Of a stretch of 64,000 nt of DNA, positions 30,135-40,000 are shown piece by piece. The DNA comes from Candidatus Xenobia bacterium (GTDB taxonomy: Bacteria; Vulcanimicrobiota; Xenobia; Xenobiales; QWHO01), in assembly GCA_045863235.1 (NCBI GenBank), contig BTUM01000017.1, positions 1 to 64,000 of the forward strand. Direction: 5' to 3'. Under the pieces are notes generated by a model, which worked only from the letters and a program-made list of their open reading frames with translations, had not been told where the DNA came from and did not search any database. Each line of letters starts with the position of its first letter. Within the stretch, counting starts at the first letter, position 1. Made by a program: the position numbers and the translations under genes.

Positions 30135-31463
30135 ATGTCACGGCTCTTGTCTGTCTTGCTGCTTCTCCTTGTGGTTGGCCCGGCCAGCGCCGAGCCGGAT
30201 TTCGAGGCTCTCGGCCGGGAGGCCCTGCCCCTCCTCCAGGAGTACATCCGCATTCCCAGCGTCAACCCCCCGGCCCAGACCCGGGCCGCGGCCGAGTTCC
30301 TGCAGCGGGTGTTGGCCCGCGAAGGGATCGAGGCGCGACTGTTCGAGTCCAACCCCGGTCAGGTCAACCTGCTGGCCCGCCTGCCCGGAAAGAGCCGCCA
30401 GGGCTCCTTGATGCTGCTGCACCATATGGACGTGGTGCCAGCCGACGCCAGCCGCTGGCCGGTCGATCCCTTCGCCGCCGTCATCAAGGATGGAGAGCTG
30501 TACGGCCGGGGCGCGGTGGACATGAAGAGTGTGGGAGTCATGCAGATCATGACCATGATCGCCCTCAAGCGAGAGAAGGTTCCCCTCGAGCACGACCTGC
30601 TGCTTCTCTGCACGGCTGACGAGGAGACCGGAGGCGAGGCTGGGGCCCGATTCATGATCGAGCACCACTGGCCCGAGCTCGATCCAACCTATGTGCTGGA
30701 CGAAGGAGGCTTCGGCACGCGGGACCTGCTCTCGGCCGAGGGGAAGCTGGTCTTCGGGGTGGCGGTGGGCGAAAAGCAAATACTCTGGGCTCGTTTGGTG
30801 GCCACCGGCACCAGCGGCCACGGCTCCCAGCCCATCTCGGATAATGCCAATGACCGTCTGACCAGGGCTCTAAGCCAGCTGGGACCGTTCATGCATTCTC
30901 GCGCCGGCCAGCAAAGCCCGCTGGTGGCCGAGTTACGCCAGCGGGTGGGTCCCCTGGCCGAGAACAAGTTCACCCGGGCCATCCAATCCGATACCATGTC
31001 GCTGACGTCGCTCCGCTCCGGGGTGGGCGATCCACCCAAGGCCAATGTCATCCCGTCCCGAGCCGAAGCCACCCTCGACTTTCGCCTGCTGCCCGACACC
31101 GATCTGGGCGCGCTACGCAGCGAACTGCAGAAGCTTTGGCCCGAGGGGGTTGAGCTCGAGGAGATCCACAGCACCAGTCACACCCCCGTCAGCTCCCACC
31201 AAACACCCCTCTTTCACTGCCTGGAGAAGGCTTTGAAGCAGGAATATCCCGAGGCCGTGGTCACCCCCTATCTCGTCCCCTTCGGCACCGACTCCAACTC
31301 GTTCCGCCAGAAGGGAGCCCAGGCCTACGGCTTTGGGCCGGCGGTGGTGAACGCCTCCATCGTGGCCTCCATGCACAGCGATTCGGAGCGCCTGCCAGTG
31401 GCCCAGATCGAGCCTTCCCTACGTATTTACTACCGGGCCGTGGCGGGTTATCTGGCTCCCTGA
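30135..31463 (+). CDS. M20/M25/M40 family metallopeptidase, exported
   Basis: Signal peptide, HMDVVP, GRGAVDMK, ADEETGG, DEGG, GHGS, NVIP, GTDS, MHSDSE. Confidence 0.92.
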   Translation: MSRLLSVLLLLLVVGPASAEPDFEALGREALPLLQEYIRIPSVNPPAQTRAAAEFLQRVLAREGIEARLFESNPGQVNLLARLPGKSRQGSLMLLHHMDVVPADASRWPVDPFAAVIKDGELYGRGAVDMKSVGVMQIMTMIALKREKVPLEHDLLLLCTADEETGGEAGARFMIEHHWPELDPTYVLDEGGFGTRDLLSAEGKLVFGVAVGEKQILWARLVATGTSGHGSQPISDNANDRLTRALSQLGPFMHSRAGQQSPLVAELRQRVGPLAENKFTRAIQSDTMSLTSLRSGVGDPPKANVIPSRAEATLDFRLLPDTDLGALRSELQKLWPEGVELEEIHSTSHTPVSSHQTPLFHCLEKALKQEYPEAVVTPYLVPFGTDSNSFRQKGAQAYGFGPAVVNASIVASMHSDSERLPVAQIEPSLRIYYRAVAGYLAP

Positions 31464-31552
31464 CCCCCAAAGAGGCCCCTTTTTCGGCAGGAGCCCGGAG
31501 GGAGACTGCGAAGCCGCGCTCGCGCCCTCGGACGCAAGCCCTGGACAAAGCG

Positions 31553-32179
31553 ATGAAATTACGCCTCTTCCCTAAGGACGAGAAGTTTTTCGAGCTGTTC
31601 TTGCAGCAAGCGGCAGCCATTGACAAGATCTGCCGACAGTTCCGCGATCTCTCGCAGAACTGGAGCCGCCTGGAAGAGCTGGTGGCGGCCATTCACAAGA
31701 CCGAGCACGAAGGCGACGAGCTGCGCCACCAGACGGCCGTGCGTCTGGCCAGGACCTTTGTGACGCCCCTCGACCGGGAGGACATCCACGAGCTTTCAGC
31801 TCACATGGATGACATTCTTGACCGTGTCCAGGGTGCGGCCGTTCGTCTGCTGATGCTCGAAGTGGGCGAGCCGCGCGCCGAGGTCGCCCTGCTTGCCGAC
31901 ATCCTGGTGCAGGCCTCCGAGCTTCTCAAGCAGGGTGTCGAGAAGCTCCCCACGTTCACCGACATCAATGAGCTGCGCCGCTCCATGCACCAGCTCGAGC
32001 ACGAGGGCGACCGGATTTACCGGGGCGCCATCTCGCAGCTGCACCAGAACAACGAGACGGTGGCCGACATCGTCAACCTGATCAAGTGGACCGACATCCT
32101 CGATCGGCTCGAAAACGGCATCGACAAGTTTGAGGACGTTTTCGACATCATCCAGGGAATCATCATCAAGTATCGCTGA
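31553..32179 (+). CDS. DUF47 phosphate transport regulator
   Basis: EHEGD...TFVTPLDREDI..L...MDD and a second LEHEGD; adjacent to pit. Confidence 0.92.
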   Translation: MKLRLFPKDEKFFELFLQQAAAIDKICRQFRDLSQNWSRLEELVAAIHKTEHEGDELRHQTAVRLARTFVTPLDREDIHELSAHMDDILDRVQGAAVRLLMLEVGEPRAEVALLADILVQASELLKQGVEKLPTFTDINELRRSMHQLEHEGDRIYRGAISQLHQNNETVADIVNLIKWTDILDRLENGIDKFEDVFDIIQGIIIKYR

Positions 32180-32183
32180 AGCC

Positions 32184-33197
32184 ATGGAAACGACAATCTG
32201 GCTGCTCGCCCTGGTCATCATCATCGCTCTGGCATTCGACTACGTGAACGGCTTTCATGACGCCGCCAACGCCATCGCCACCGTGGTCTCGACCCGGGCC
32301 ATGGCCCCCAGAGCGGCTCTCATCCTGGCCGCCTTCGCCAACTTCGCGGGCGCTTTCATGGGAGGAGCCGTCGCCTACACGATCGGCAAAGGCTTGGTGG
32401 ACTCAGACTCGATCCACCACCAGGAAGTCATTCTGGCCGCCCTCCTGGGGGCCATCGCCTGGAATCTTCTCACCTGGTATTGGGGACTTCCGAGCTCTTC
32501 ATCCCACGCCCTGGTCGGCGGTCTGGTCGGGGCAGTCTTGTTCTGGAAAGGCTCGGCCTTCGTGCAGTGGGCCGGTGTGGTCAAGAAGGTGGTGGTACCC
32601 GGCCTGGTGGCGCCCCTGCTGGGCATCTTCGTCGGCTTCTGGATCATGGTCACGCTGATGTGGACTTTCCGCAACGCCAATCCATTCCGTATCCAGAAGC
32701 GGTTCAAGAAGCTCCAGATGGTGTCGGCCACTTTGATGGCCCTCAGCCACGGCAGTAACGACGCCCAGAAAGTGATGGGCATCATCACCATGGCCCTCAT
32801 TACCGCCAAGGTGCAAGAAGAAGAGCCGTTCTACGTGGCCTGGTGGGTCAAACTGTCCTGCGCCGCCGCCATCGCCCTGGGAACCTCTGCCGGGGGCTGG
32901 CGCATCATCAAGACCATGGGTGGCAAGGTGGTCAAACTGCAACCCATCAACGGCTTTGCCGCCGAGCTGACCTCGGGCATCATCCTCATGATCACCGCCA
33001 AGCTGGGCTTCCCGGTGTCCACCACCCACGTAATTACCGGCGCCATCATGGGCGTGGGGGCCAGCAAGCGCATCTCGGCCGTGCGCTGGGGCGTGGCCGG
33101 CAACATCCTCACGGCCTGGGTGCTCACCATTCCAGCAGCTGCGCTGATGGGCGGGGTCTTCATGTTGATCGTGAAGGCCGTTTCCCACGACATCTAA
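32184..33197 (+). CDS. pit: Inorganic phosphate transporter (PiT family)
   Basis: NGFHDAANAIAT, GLPSSSSHAL.GG, HGSNDAQK, PVSTTH. Confidence 0.96.
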   Translation: METTIWLLALVIIIALAFDYVNGFHDAANAIATVVSTRAMAPRAALILAAFANFAGAFMGGAVAYTIGKGLVDSDSIHHQEVILAALLGAIAWNLLTWYWGLPSSSSHALVGGLVGAVLFWKGSAFVQWAGVVKKVVVPGLVAPLLGIFVGFWIMVTLMWTFRNANPFRIQKRFKKLQMVSATLMALSHGSNDAQKVMGIITMALITAKVQEEEPFYVAWWVKLSCAAAIALGTSAGGWRIIKTMGGKVVKLQPINGFAAELTSGIILMITAKLGFPVSTTHVITGAIMGVGASKRISAVRWGVAGNILTAWVLTIPAAALMGGVFMLIVKAVSHDI

Positions 33198-33583
33198 TGC
33201 TTGCCCGCGACCCCTACGCCTGGCGAGAGCTGTGGATAGAAGACGACCCGCAAGCCAGCGAGCAGGGCCTCAAGGCGCTGGTAGTGGGCGCCAAGGCCAC
33301 CGGCGACGGCCTGCTGGTGGCCGAGATCTTGAGTTGGACGGCCCGGGCCCAGGGTGCCCAGCAACGCTGGGATGAGGCCCACGAAACCCTCAATGACGCC
33401 GACTTTATCTTGATGCAGCAGCCCGCCCACCCGGTTCACGCTCGCGCCCTGCTCGAGCGCGCCCGGCTCTTCGCCCTGTCCGGCCTCGACGGCGGAGCGC
33501 GGCGCTTGACCCGGCAGGCCCGGGAGCGAGCCGAGGAAACGCGCGCCAGCGAGGTGCTCGAGGAACTTGACAAAGGCCTCTGA
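33197..33583 (+). CDS. Small TPR-like helical protein
   Basis: TAATG coupling to pit. W..DDP.ASE, AE.L...ARAQG.Q....EAH..L. Confidence 0.65.
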   Translation: MLARDPYAWRELWIEDDPQASEQGLKALVVGAKATGDGLLVAEILSWTARAQGAQQRWDEAHETLNDADFILMQQPAHPVHARALLERARLFALSGLDGGARRLTRQARERAEETRASEVLEELDKGL

Positions 33584-33630
33584 GCCGAGGAAAACCGTGT
33601 CAAGAGTGTTTCCGGCTGCGCTCCTAGCGT

Positions 33631-33648
33631 TTGTGAAAACTTTCGCAA
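33631..33648. promoter_or_regulatory. Rex-like (or CRP-like) operator
   Basis: TTGTGAA-AACT-TTCGCAA against the Rex consensus TTGTGAA-N4-TTCACAA (1 mismatch). Confidence 0.6.
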
Positions 33649-33713
33649 CCAGCAGGAAACCTGAGCCGGTCTGAACAAGAGCCACTCAATCACGGTCAAG
33701 GAGAGTCAACTTT

Positions 33714-33836
33714 ATGGGCCCGTCATTCGAAGGGGGCAGCATCGCAACCGCTTACTTCTGGGTTGTCACCTGGACGGTTCTTCTGGGGGCCATCATGGCC
33801 GCCAGCATGTGGCTCGATCCCAAGCCTCCCTCTTAG
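33714..33836 (+). CDS. Unannotated 40-aa single-pass membrane protein MGPSFEGGSIATAYFWVVTWTVLLGAIMAASMWLDPKPPS
   Basis: AAGGAGAG RBS about 8 nt upstream of ATG 33714, TAG at 33834-36, one clear TM helix. Confidence 0.7.
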   Translation: MGPSFEGGSIATAYFWVVTWTVLLGAIMAASMWLDPKPPS

Positions 33837-33886
33837 AGCAAGGGCAATTACGGCCCCGACTTCTGCGCTTCGCTAGGGCATTGCTC

Positions 33887-34981
33887 CTAGACCTGCAGCG
33901 CTTTCTCCACGTCCTCCAGCCCCTGGCGCGCTTTGGCATACTCGGGGTCAAAGGAAAGAGCGTTCCCGAACGCCTCGCGCGCCTCCCCCAGCCGTTCCAT
34001 GGCGCGCAAAACCAGGCCCAGGTTGAGCCAGGCCTCTTCCAGATTGCCGCGGGGACAGCGAGTGGCCCGACGGTGGCACTCCTCGGCCTGACGCATCTTG
34101 CCCCGACGGGCCTGCGAGCTTCCCAGAAAGACCCAGCTCGCTGAGTCATCGGGCTCAGCCCGGGTCAGGCGCGTGAACCAGCGGATAGCTTCCTCATAGC
34201 GCCCTTTGGAGTGATAGAGCAAGCCGAGCTCGGTGCAACAGAGCGGGTGACCGGGGCCCAGCTCCCTGCCCAGCGCCCAGTAGGTTTCCAGGGCCTTGCG
34301 AAAACAGCCCATGCTGACCAGCGAGCTGGCCAGTCGCAAACGCACATCCAGGTTTCTGGGGTGCCTGCGCAGGAAATTGCGCGCCATTACCACCGAAGTG
34401 GACAGGCCCGGCTCCAGCAACACCTCCAGCTCGTCGGGAATCCCGCTGAAGCCTGCCGCTCGGAGCACATCATCGCGCGCCTCCACCGCCCCCGGCCAAT
34501 CGGCTGCCTCGTTGAAATGACTGGCCGCTTCCGGAAAGTCTTCCTCGGCGCGGGCTACCTGGCCCAACCAGAAACTGGCATGGGGGTCGCGCCCGGCCTG
34601 CCAGAACGCTCTCCTGGCCCTCTGCCAGCGTCCCAGGCGAAACCAGACGCGCCCTCTGTTGATGTGCAACCCGGTCTTGTGGGGCTGCATCCGGACCGCC
34701 CGCTTCCACCACAGAGCGGCTGTCCTCAGGCGTCCCCGCGTTTCGTTCATCTCAGCCTGAAACTCGCACAAAAGCGGCTCAATCTCGAGGTTACGAAAGA
34801 TTCTCCGGGCTTCGCGGTATCGGCCCACGCTGGCCAGCCCGTGACCCAGCATCAACCAGGGGCCTGGCTCCTGGACCCAGCTGGCCAGATGACGCCTGCA
34901 AAGGGCCACCCAGTGGGCCACCTCGCCCTCCCGAAAGGCGGCCATGATGGCGTCCCAACTGGCCTGCTCCTCAGGCTCCAT
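33887..34981 (-). CDS. Tetratricopeptide repeat protein
   Basis: Repeated W..LG..L...G...EA...F..A motifs in two similar halves. Confidence 0.85.
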   Translation of the reverse strand: MEPEEQASWDAIMAAFREGEVAHWVALCRRHLASWVQEPGPWLMLGHGLASVGRYREARRIFRNLEIEPLLCEFQAEMNETRGRLRTAALWWKRAVRMQPHKTGLHINRGRVWFRLGRWQRARRAFWQAGRDPHASFWLGQVARAEEDFPEAASHFNEAADWPGAVEARDDVLRAAGFSGIPDELEVLLEPGLSTSVVMARNFLRRHPRNLDVRLRLASSLVSMGCFRKALETYWALGRELGPGHPLCCTELGLLYHSKGRYEEAIRWFTRLTRAEPDDSASWVFLGSSQARRGKMRQAEECHRRATRCPRGNLEEAWLNLGLVLRAMERLGEAREAFGNALSFDPEYAKARQGLEDVEKALQV

Positions 34982-35202
34982 GACTCCGGGACCGCGCGAC
35001 ACTCTGTTGAACGCCGCCGCGCCGAATTCCTGAAGTGTTCGACGCGCGGCGCCTTAGCAGGCTCATGCTGCCTCGGATTCTCCCTGCAACGAACAACTCC
35101 CGCACCGATCACCAGTTCGCTGAGTCCAGCTCCAGGGCGACCGTCCGGGCCCGCGGCCTGATTGGAGCCCCGAAGAACACTGGCTGCGCCCCGAAAGTCG
35201 GT

Positions 35203-35358
35203 TCCCTCAAGCAAATAAGGGAAATCCCTCAAGGAAATCCTCACCCGACAACGAACCATCGGTGCTTGCCCGGAGCGGGCGTCAGGGAGGCGTCCGAAAC
35301 CCGAACGGATGGGCATAAGAGGGTTTGGTCCGCAAGTCTTGCGTTCTCGTGATAGAAT
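35203..35358 (+). promoter_or_regulatory. pfaD promoter region: extended -10, palindrome and paired direct repeats
   Basis: TGaTAGAAT at 35350-58; cgcaag-t-cttgcg at 35331-43; tccctcaag(c/g)aaat at 35203 and 35225. Confidence 0.45.
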
Positions 35359-35396
35359 CGCCGGAACTGGACCCGAAACAACTTTCAGGATTGATC

Positions 35397-37022
35397 ATGG
35401 TATCGAACTCCGTCATACCTGCCCGGCAGGCCTGGTGGTCGGCCTCCGAGGCCCCTCGCTCGGGCGAGGCGGCTCTGCGCGAGCAATTGCTGCGCCTGTA
35501 CGAGCCCTGTGCCCTGGTGCGCGGCGAACAAGGACTGGCCGTAGCCGGCCCCGGCCAGATGCACGAGCACCAGGTTCCCGGCAGCCTTCCCCTGGCGGGC
35601 TGGGTCAACGCTCTCGGCCCCGAGCAACTGGGGGACCCCGGCTTCCTGAGCACCCACGGGGTGCGCTACGCCTACGTGGCTGGAGCCATGGCCAACGGCA
35701 TCGCCTCGGCCGAGCTCGTGGAGGCCATGGCCCGCGACGGCTTGCTGGCCATCTTCGGGGCAGCCGGCCTGTCGCCGCGTCGAGTCGAGGAGACCATCGT
35801 CCGGCTCAAGGCCCTGGGCGACGCCCCCTACGGCTTCAATCTCATCCACAGCCCCAATGAGACCGGGCTGGAAGACGCCATCGTCGACCTCTACCTCAAG
35901 CACGGCGTGCGCCGCGTCTGCGCCTCGGCCTTCTTGACCCTGACCCTGCCGCTGGTGCGCTACCGGCTGAGCGGGATCAGCCGGGCCTCGGACGGCTCCA
36001 TTCACACCCCCCAGCATGTGCTGGGGAAGGTTTCTCGGCTGGAGATAGCCCGCAAGTTTCTCTCCCCCGCTCCCGATGCCATGCTGCGAACCCTGGTCGA
36101 GCAGGGTGCCCTCACCCCCGAGCAGGCCGAGCTGGCCGCCCGGGTGCCAATCGCCGAGGACCTGACCGGAGAAGCCGACTCGGGTGGGCACACCGACAAC
36201 CGGGCGCTGGTCACCCTTCTCCCCTCGCTGCTCTGCCTGCGTGACGAGTTGCAGGAGCAGCACCGCTACCAGCGTCCCCTGCGGGTGGGCGCGGCGGGCG
36301 GCATCGCCACTCCCCTGTCGGCGGCCGCGGCGTTTGCCATGGGAGCCGACTATATTCTTACCGGCTCGGTGAACCAGGGCTGCGTGGAGGCGGGCACCTC
36401 GCCGGTGGTCAAGGAGATGCTGGCCCAGGCCTCCCAGGCCGACGTCAACATGGCGCCGGCCGCGGACATGTTCGAGATGGGCGTCAAGGTCCAGGTGCTC
36501 AAGTGGGGCACCATGTTCCCGGTGCGGGCCAGAAAACTCTACGAGCTCTATCGCGCCTACGACAGCCTCGAAGGTCTGCCGGCCGGCGAGCGGGCCACTC
36601 TCGAGCGCGATTATTTCCGCTGCTCGCTCGAGCAAGAGTGGCAAAACACGCGCAAGTTCTTCCTCGAGCGCGACCCGCGCCAGGTCGAGCGAGCCGAGGT
36701 CGAGCCCAAACACAAGTTGGCCCTGGTGTTCCGCTCCTACCTTGGGCGTGCCTCGGGATGGGCCAATGCCGGCGACCCCACCCGCAAGGTGGATTACCAG
36801 ATCTGGTGCGGTCCGGCTATGGGCGCATTCAACGAGTGGACGGCCGGTACCTTCCTGGCCAACCTGGCCGAGCGCAAAGTGGCCACGGTGGCCACCAACC
36901 TGATGTTCGGAGCGGCCTACCGCACCCGCATCCACTGGCTGCAAAGCCAGGGGGTGCGCCTCCCAGCCTCGGTGCAGGCCTTCCAACCCATGCCTGTGGG
37001 GGAGCTGTTGCGTGAGCGCTGA
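35397..37022 (+). CDS. pfaD: PfaD family enoyl reductase (PUFA/polyketide synthase ER)
   Basis: AGAMANGIAS, NLIHSP, KVSR.E.A..F..PAP, EADSGGHTDNR, AAGGIATP, APAADMFEMGVKVQVLK, DYQIWCGPAMGAFN. Confidence 0.95.
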   Translation: MVSNSVIPARQAWWSASEAPRSGEAALREQLLRLYEPCALVRGEQGLAVAGPGQMHEHQVPGSLPLAGWVNALGPEQLGDPGFLSTHGVRYAYVAGAMANGIASAELVEAMARDGLLAIFGAAGLSPRRVEETIVRLKALGDAPYGFNLIHSPNETGLEDAIVDLYLKHGVRRVCASAFLTLTLPLVRYRLSGISRASDGSIHTPQHVLGKVSRLEIARKFLSPAPDAMLRTLVEQGALTPEQAELAARVPIAEDLTGEADSGGHTDNRALVTLLPSLLCLRDELQEQHRYQRPLRVGAAGGIATPLSAAAAFAMGADYILTGSVNQGCVEAGTSPVVKEMLAQASQADVNMAPAADMFEMGVKVQVLKWGTMFPVRARKLYELYRAYDSLEGLPAGERATLERDYFRCSLEQEWQNTRKFFLERDPRQVERAEVEPKHKLALVFRSYLGRASGWANAGDPTRKVDYQIWCGPAMGAFNEWTAGTFLANLAERKVATVATNLMFGAAYRTRIHWLQSQGVRLPASVQAFQPMPVGELLRER

Positions 37023-40000
37023 TCGAGATGTCGCCATCGTCGGGATGGCCTGCCTGTTTCCCAAGGCGAGCAACCTGAAGGGGTTCTGGCACCTGGTTCG
37101 AGTGGGCCTGGACGCGGTGGACGACGTGCCTGCCAGCCACTGGAACCCGGACGACTACTTCGACGCCGACCCCAAGAGCCCGGACATGACCTATTGCCGC
37201 CGAGGCGGCTTCCTCTCTCCGGTCAGCTTCGATCCCACCGAGTTCAGCCTGCCTCCCGCCGCGCTGGAAGCCACCGATACCTCCCAGTTGCTGGGCCTGG
37301 TGGTCGCCAAAGCCGCTCTGGAGGATGCCGGCTACGGATCGGGCAGGGAATTCAACCGCCAGTCCACCAGCGTGATCCTGGGCGTGACCGGAACGCTCGA
37401 GCTGGTCATCCCGCTGGGAGCCCGGCTGGGGCACCCCATCTGGCGTCGGGCCCTGCTCGAGAGCGGGGTCGATCCCGAGACCACCGAGGAGGTCGTGCGC
37501 CGCATCGCCGACGACTACGTGCCCTGGCAGGAGAACTCGTTCCCGGGCCTGCTGGGCAACGTGGTGGCCGGCCGAATCGCCAACCGGCTTGACCTGCAGG
37601 GCACCAACTGCGTGGTGGACGCGGCCTGCGCCAGCTCGCTCTCGGCCGTCCACATGGGCGTGCTGGAGCTGGGCGCCGGACGGGCTGACATGGTGGTCAC
37701 CGGCGGTGTGGACACCTTCAACGACATCTTCATGTTCATGTGCTTCTCCAAGACGCCCGCTCTGTCGGCCTCGGGGCAGATCCGCCCCTTCGACGAGTCG
37801 GCCGACGGCACCATGCTGGGGGAAGGGCTCGGGATGATCGTCCTCAAGCGCGTGGCCGATGCCCGCCGCGACGGCGACCGCATCTATGCCGTCATCCGCG
37901 GGGTGGGGACGGCTTCCGACGGCGTGGGACAGGCTGTCTACGCCCCCGCCTCCCCTGGCCAGGCCCGCTGCTTGCGCGACGCCTACCGCACATCCGGCGT
38001 GGATCCGGGCACGGTGGAGCTGGTGGAGGCTCACGGAACCGGGACCAAGGTGGGCGATGCCGTCGAATTCGAGGCCCTGCGAGAGGTCTACTCCGAGGCC
38101 CGCTCGGATCGCAACTGGTGCGCTCTGGGCTCGGTCAAGTCCAATCTGGGCCACACCAAGGCCGCGGCCGGAGCCGCCGGCATGATCAAGGCCGCCCTGG
38201 CCCTCTACACCAAGGTGCTGCCAGCCACCTTGAAGGTGGAAAAGCCCAATCCCCGCATGAACATTCAGGATAGCCCGTTCTATCTGAACACCCGTACCCG
38301 GCCGTGGCCCGGCAATCGTGAGCATCCCCGCCGGGCAGCCCTCAGCTCATTTGGCTTCGGAGGCTCCAACTACCACATCGTGCTGGAGGAGGCCGACCCG
38401 ATTCGCACCGAGGTGGCCTGGGACGGCTCCGTGCAGATCTTTGCCTTCAGCGGAGCCACGCGCGAGGAGCTGATCGCCCGCTTCGAAGGCTGCGACGGCT
38501 CGGCCCGCAGCGCCGGCCTGTCGCGCCAGAGCTTCTCCCCCACGGCCCCCTGGCGGGCCGTGCTGGTGGGCGACGACACCGCTCGGGCCGCCCGGCTGCT
38601 GCAAAAGGGCGAGCAGAGCCCGGACCTTTTCGTGGGTCAGGGCTCGACCCCAGGTGAGCTGGCCTTCCTGTTCCCCGGCCAGGGCAGCCAGCAGGTGGAC
38701 ATGGGGTGCGAGCTGGCCTGCCTGTTCCCCCAGCTGCTCGAGTCGCTGGAAGCGGCCGGACGAGACATCTGGCAGGCGATCTATCCCCCGCCCGCCTTCA
38801 CCGCTCCCGAGCGAGATGCCCAGAAGGCGGCCCTGACCCGCACCGAGGTGGCCCAGCCCGCCCTGGGCGCGGTCGAGTCCGGCCTGGCCGCCATCCTGGA
38901 GAGTTTCGGGGTGCGCCCTTCGATGGCCGCCGGTCACAGCTACGGGGAGCTGGTGGCTTTGCAGGCCGCCGGCTGCTTCGACCGCGATGGACTGCTGGCC
39001 CTGAGCCGCCTGCGGGGCCAGCTGATGGCCGGCGAACCCGGCCAGGATCGTGGCACCATGCTGGCAGTCAGCGCCTCGCCCGAGGCCGTCACCAGGGTCA
39101 TCAACGAGCAACAGGTCGTGCTGGCCAACCTCAACAGCCCCGGTCAGACGGTGCTTTCGGGCAGCCGCGAGGCCATCGCCCTGGCCGCCGACGCGCTCAA
39201 GAAGGCCGGACTGAGTGCCCTGCCGCTCAACGTGGCGGCAGCCTTCCACAGCCCGCTGGTGGCCCAGGCCCGCGACCCCTTCCATGCGGCTCTGAGCCAG
39301 ATGCCCTGGCAGGCCGCCGCCTTCCCGGTTTATGCCAATGCCACCGCCCGGCCCTACCCGGCCGAGGCGGATCAGGCCCGCGCCCTGCTGGCCGACCAGT
39401 TGACCTCGCCGGTCCGCTGGGTCGAGCTGATGGAGCAACTCTACCAGGCCGGAGCTCGCGTCTTCGTCGAGGTGGGACCGCGCCGGGTCTTGAGCGGGCT
39501 GGCCCAGGGAATCCTGGGTGATCGTCCCCATCACTGCCTGGCCCTGGACGGAGGCTTGCTCGAGCTGGCCCGGGCTCTGGCCCAACTGGCCGCACTGGGC
39601 TATCCGGTTCGGCTCGACAACTGGGAGGTCGTGCCTCCCGAAGAGCGCAAGAAGCGCATGGAGGTCCAACTCGTGGGTTCGAACTATCGCGCTCCCCGCG
39701 CCCAGACGAACGTCAGCCCGGCTCCCCGCCAGGCTCCTCCCCCGGCTCAGGTCACGCCGACCCAAGCGGCCACCCGACCGGACGTGCCGCAAGCCCCGCC
39801 TCAGTCAGTCGCGGCGGGGGCTGATCCGCTCGTTCTGGAGGCCTTGCGGGGTGTGCAGTCGAGCCTGACGGCCATGCAGACCCTGCAGCAGCAGACCGCC
39901 AGCCTGCACCAGCGCTTCCTGGAAGGCCAGGAGCTGGCCCAGCGCACCTTCATGGAGATGCTCCAGGGACAGCAGCGGCTGGTCGAAACGATGCTGGGTG

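Noticed and set aside
30335..30360. gttcgagtcc tRNA T-loop-like motif
   Set aside because: It lies inside the M20 peptidase CDS and no cloverleaf forms around it.
33567..33603. TTGACA...TGTCAA inverted repeat as an FNR box or promoter
   Set aside because: The spacing does not fit FNR and there is no -10 hexamer at 16-18 bp.
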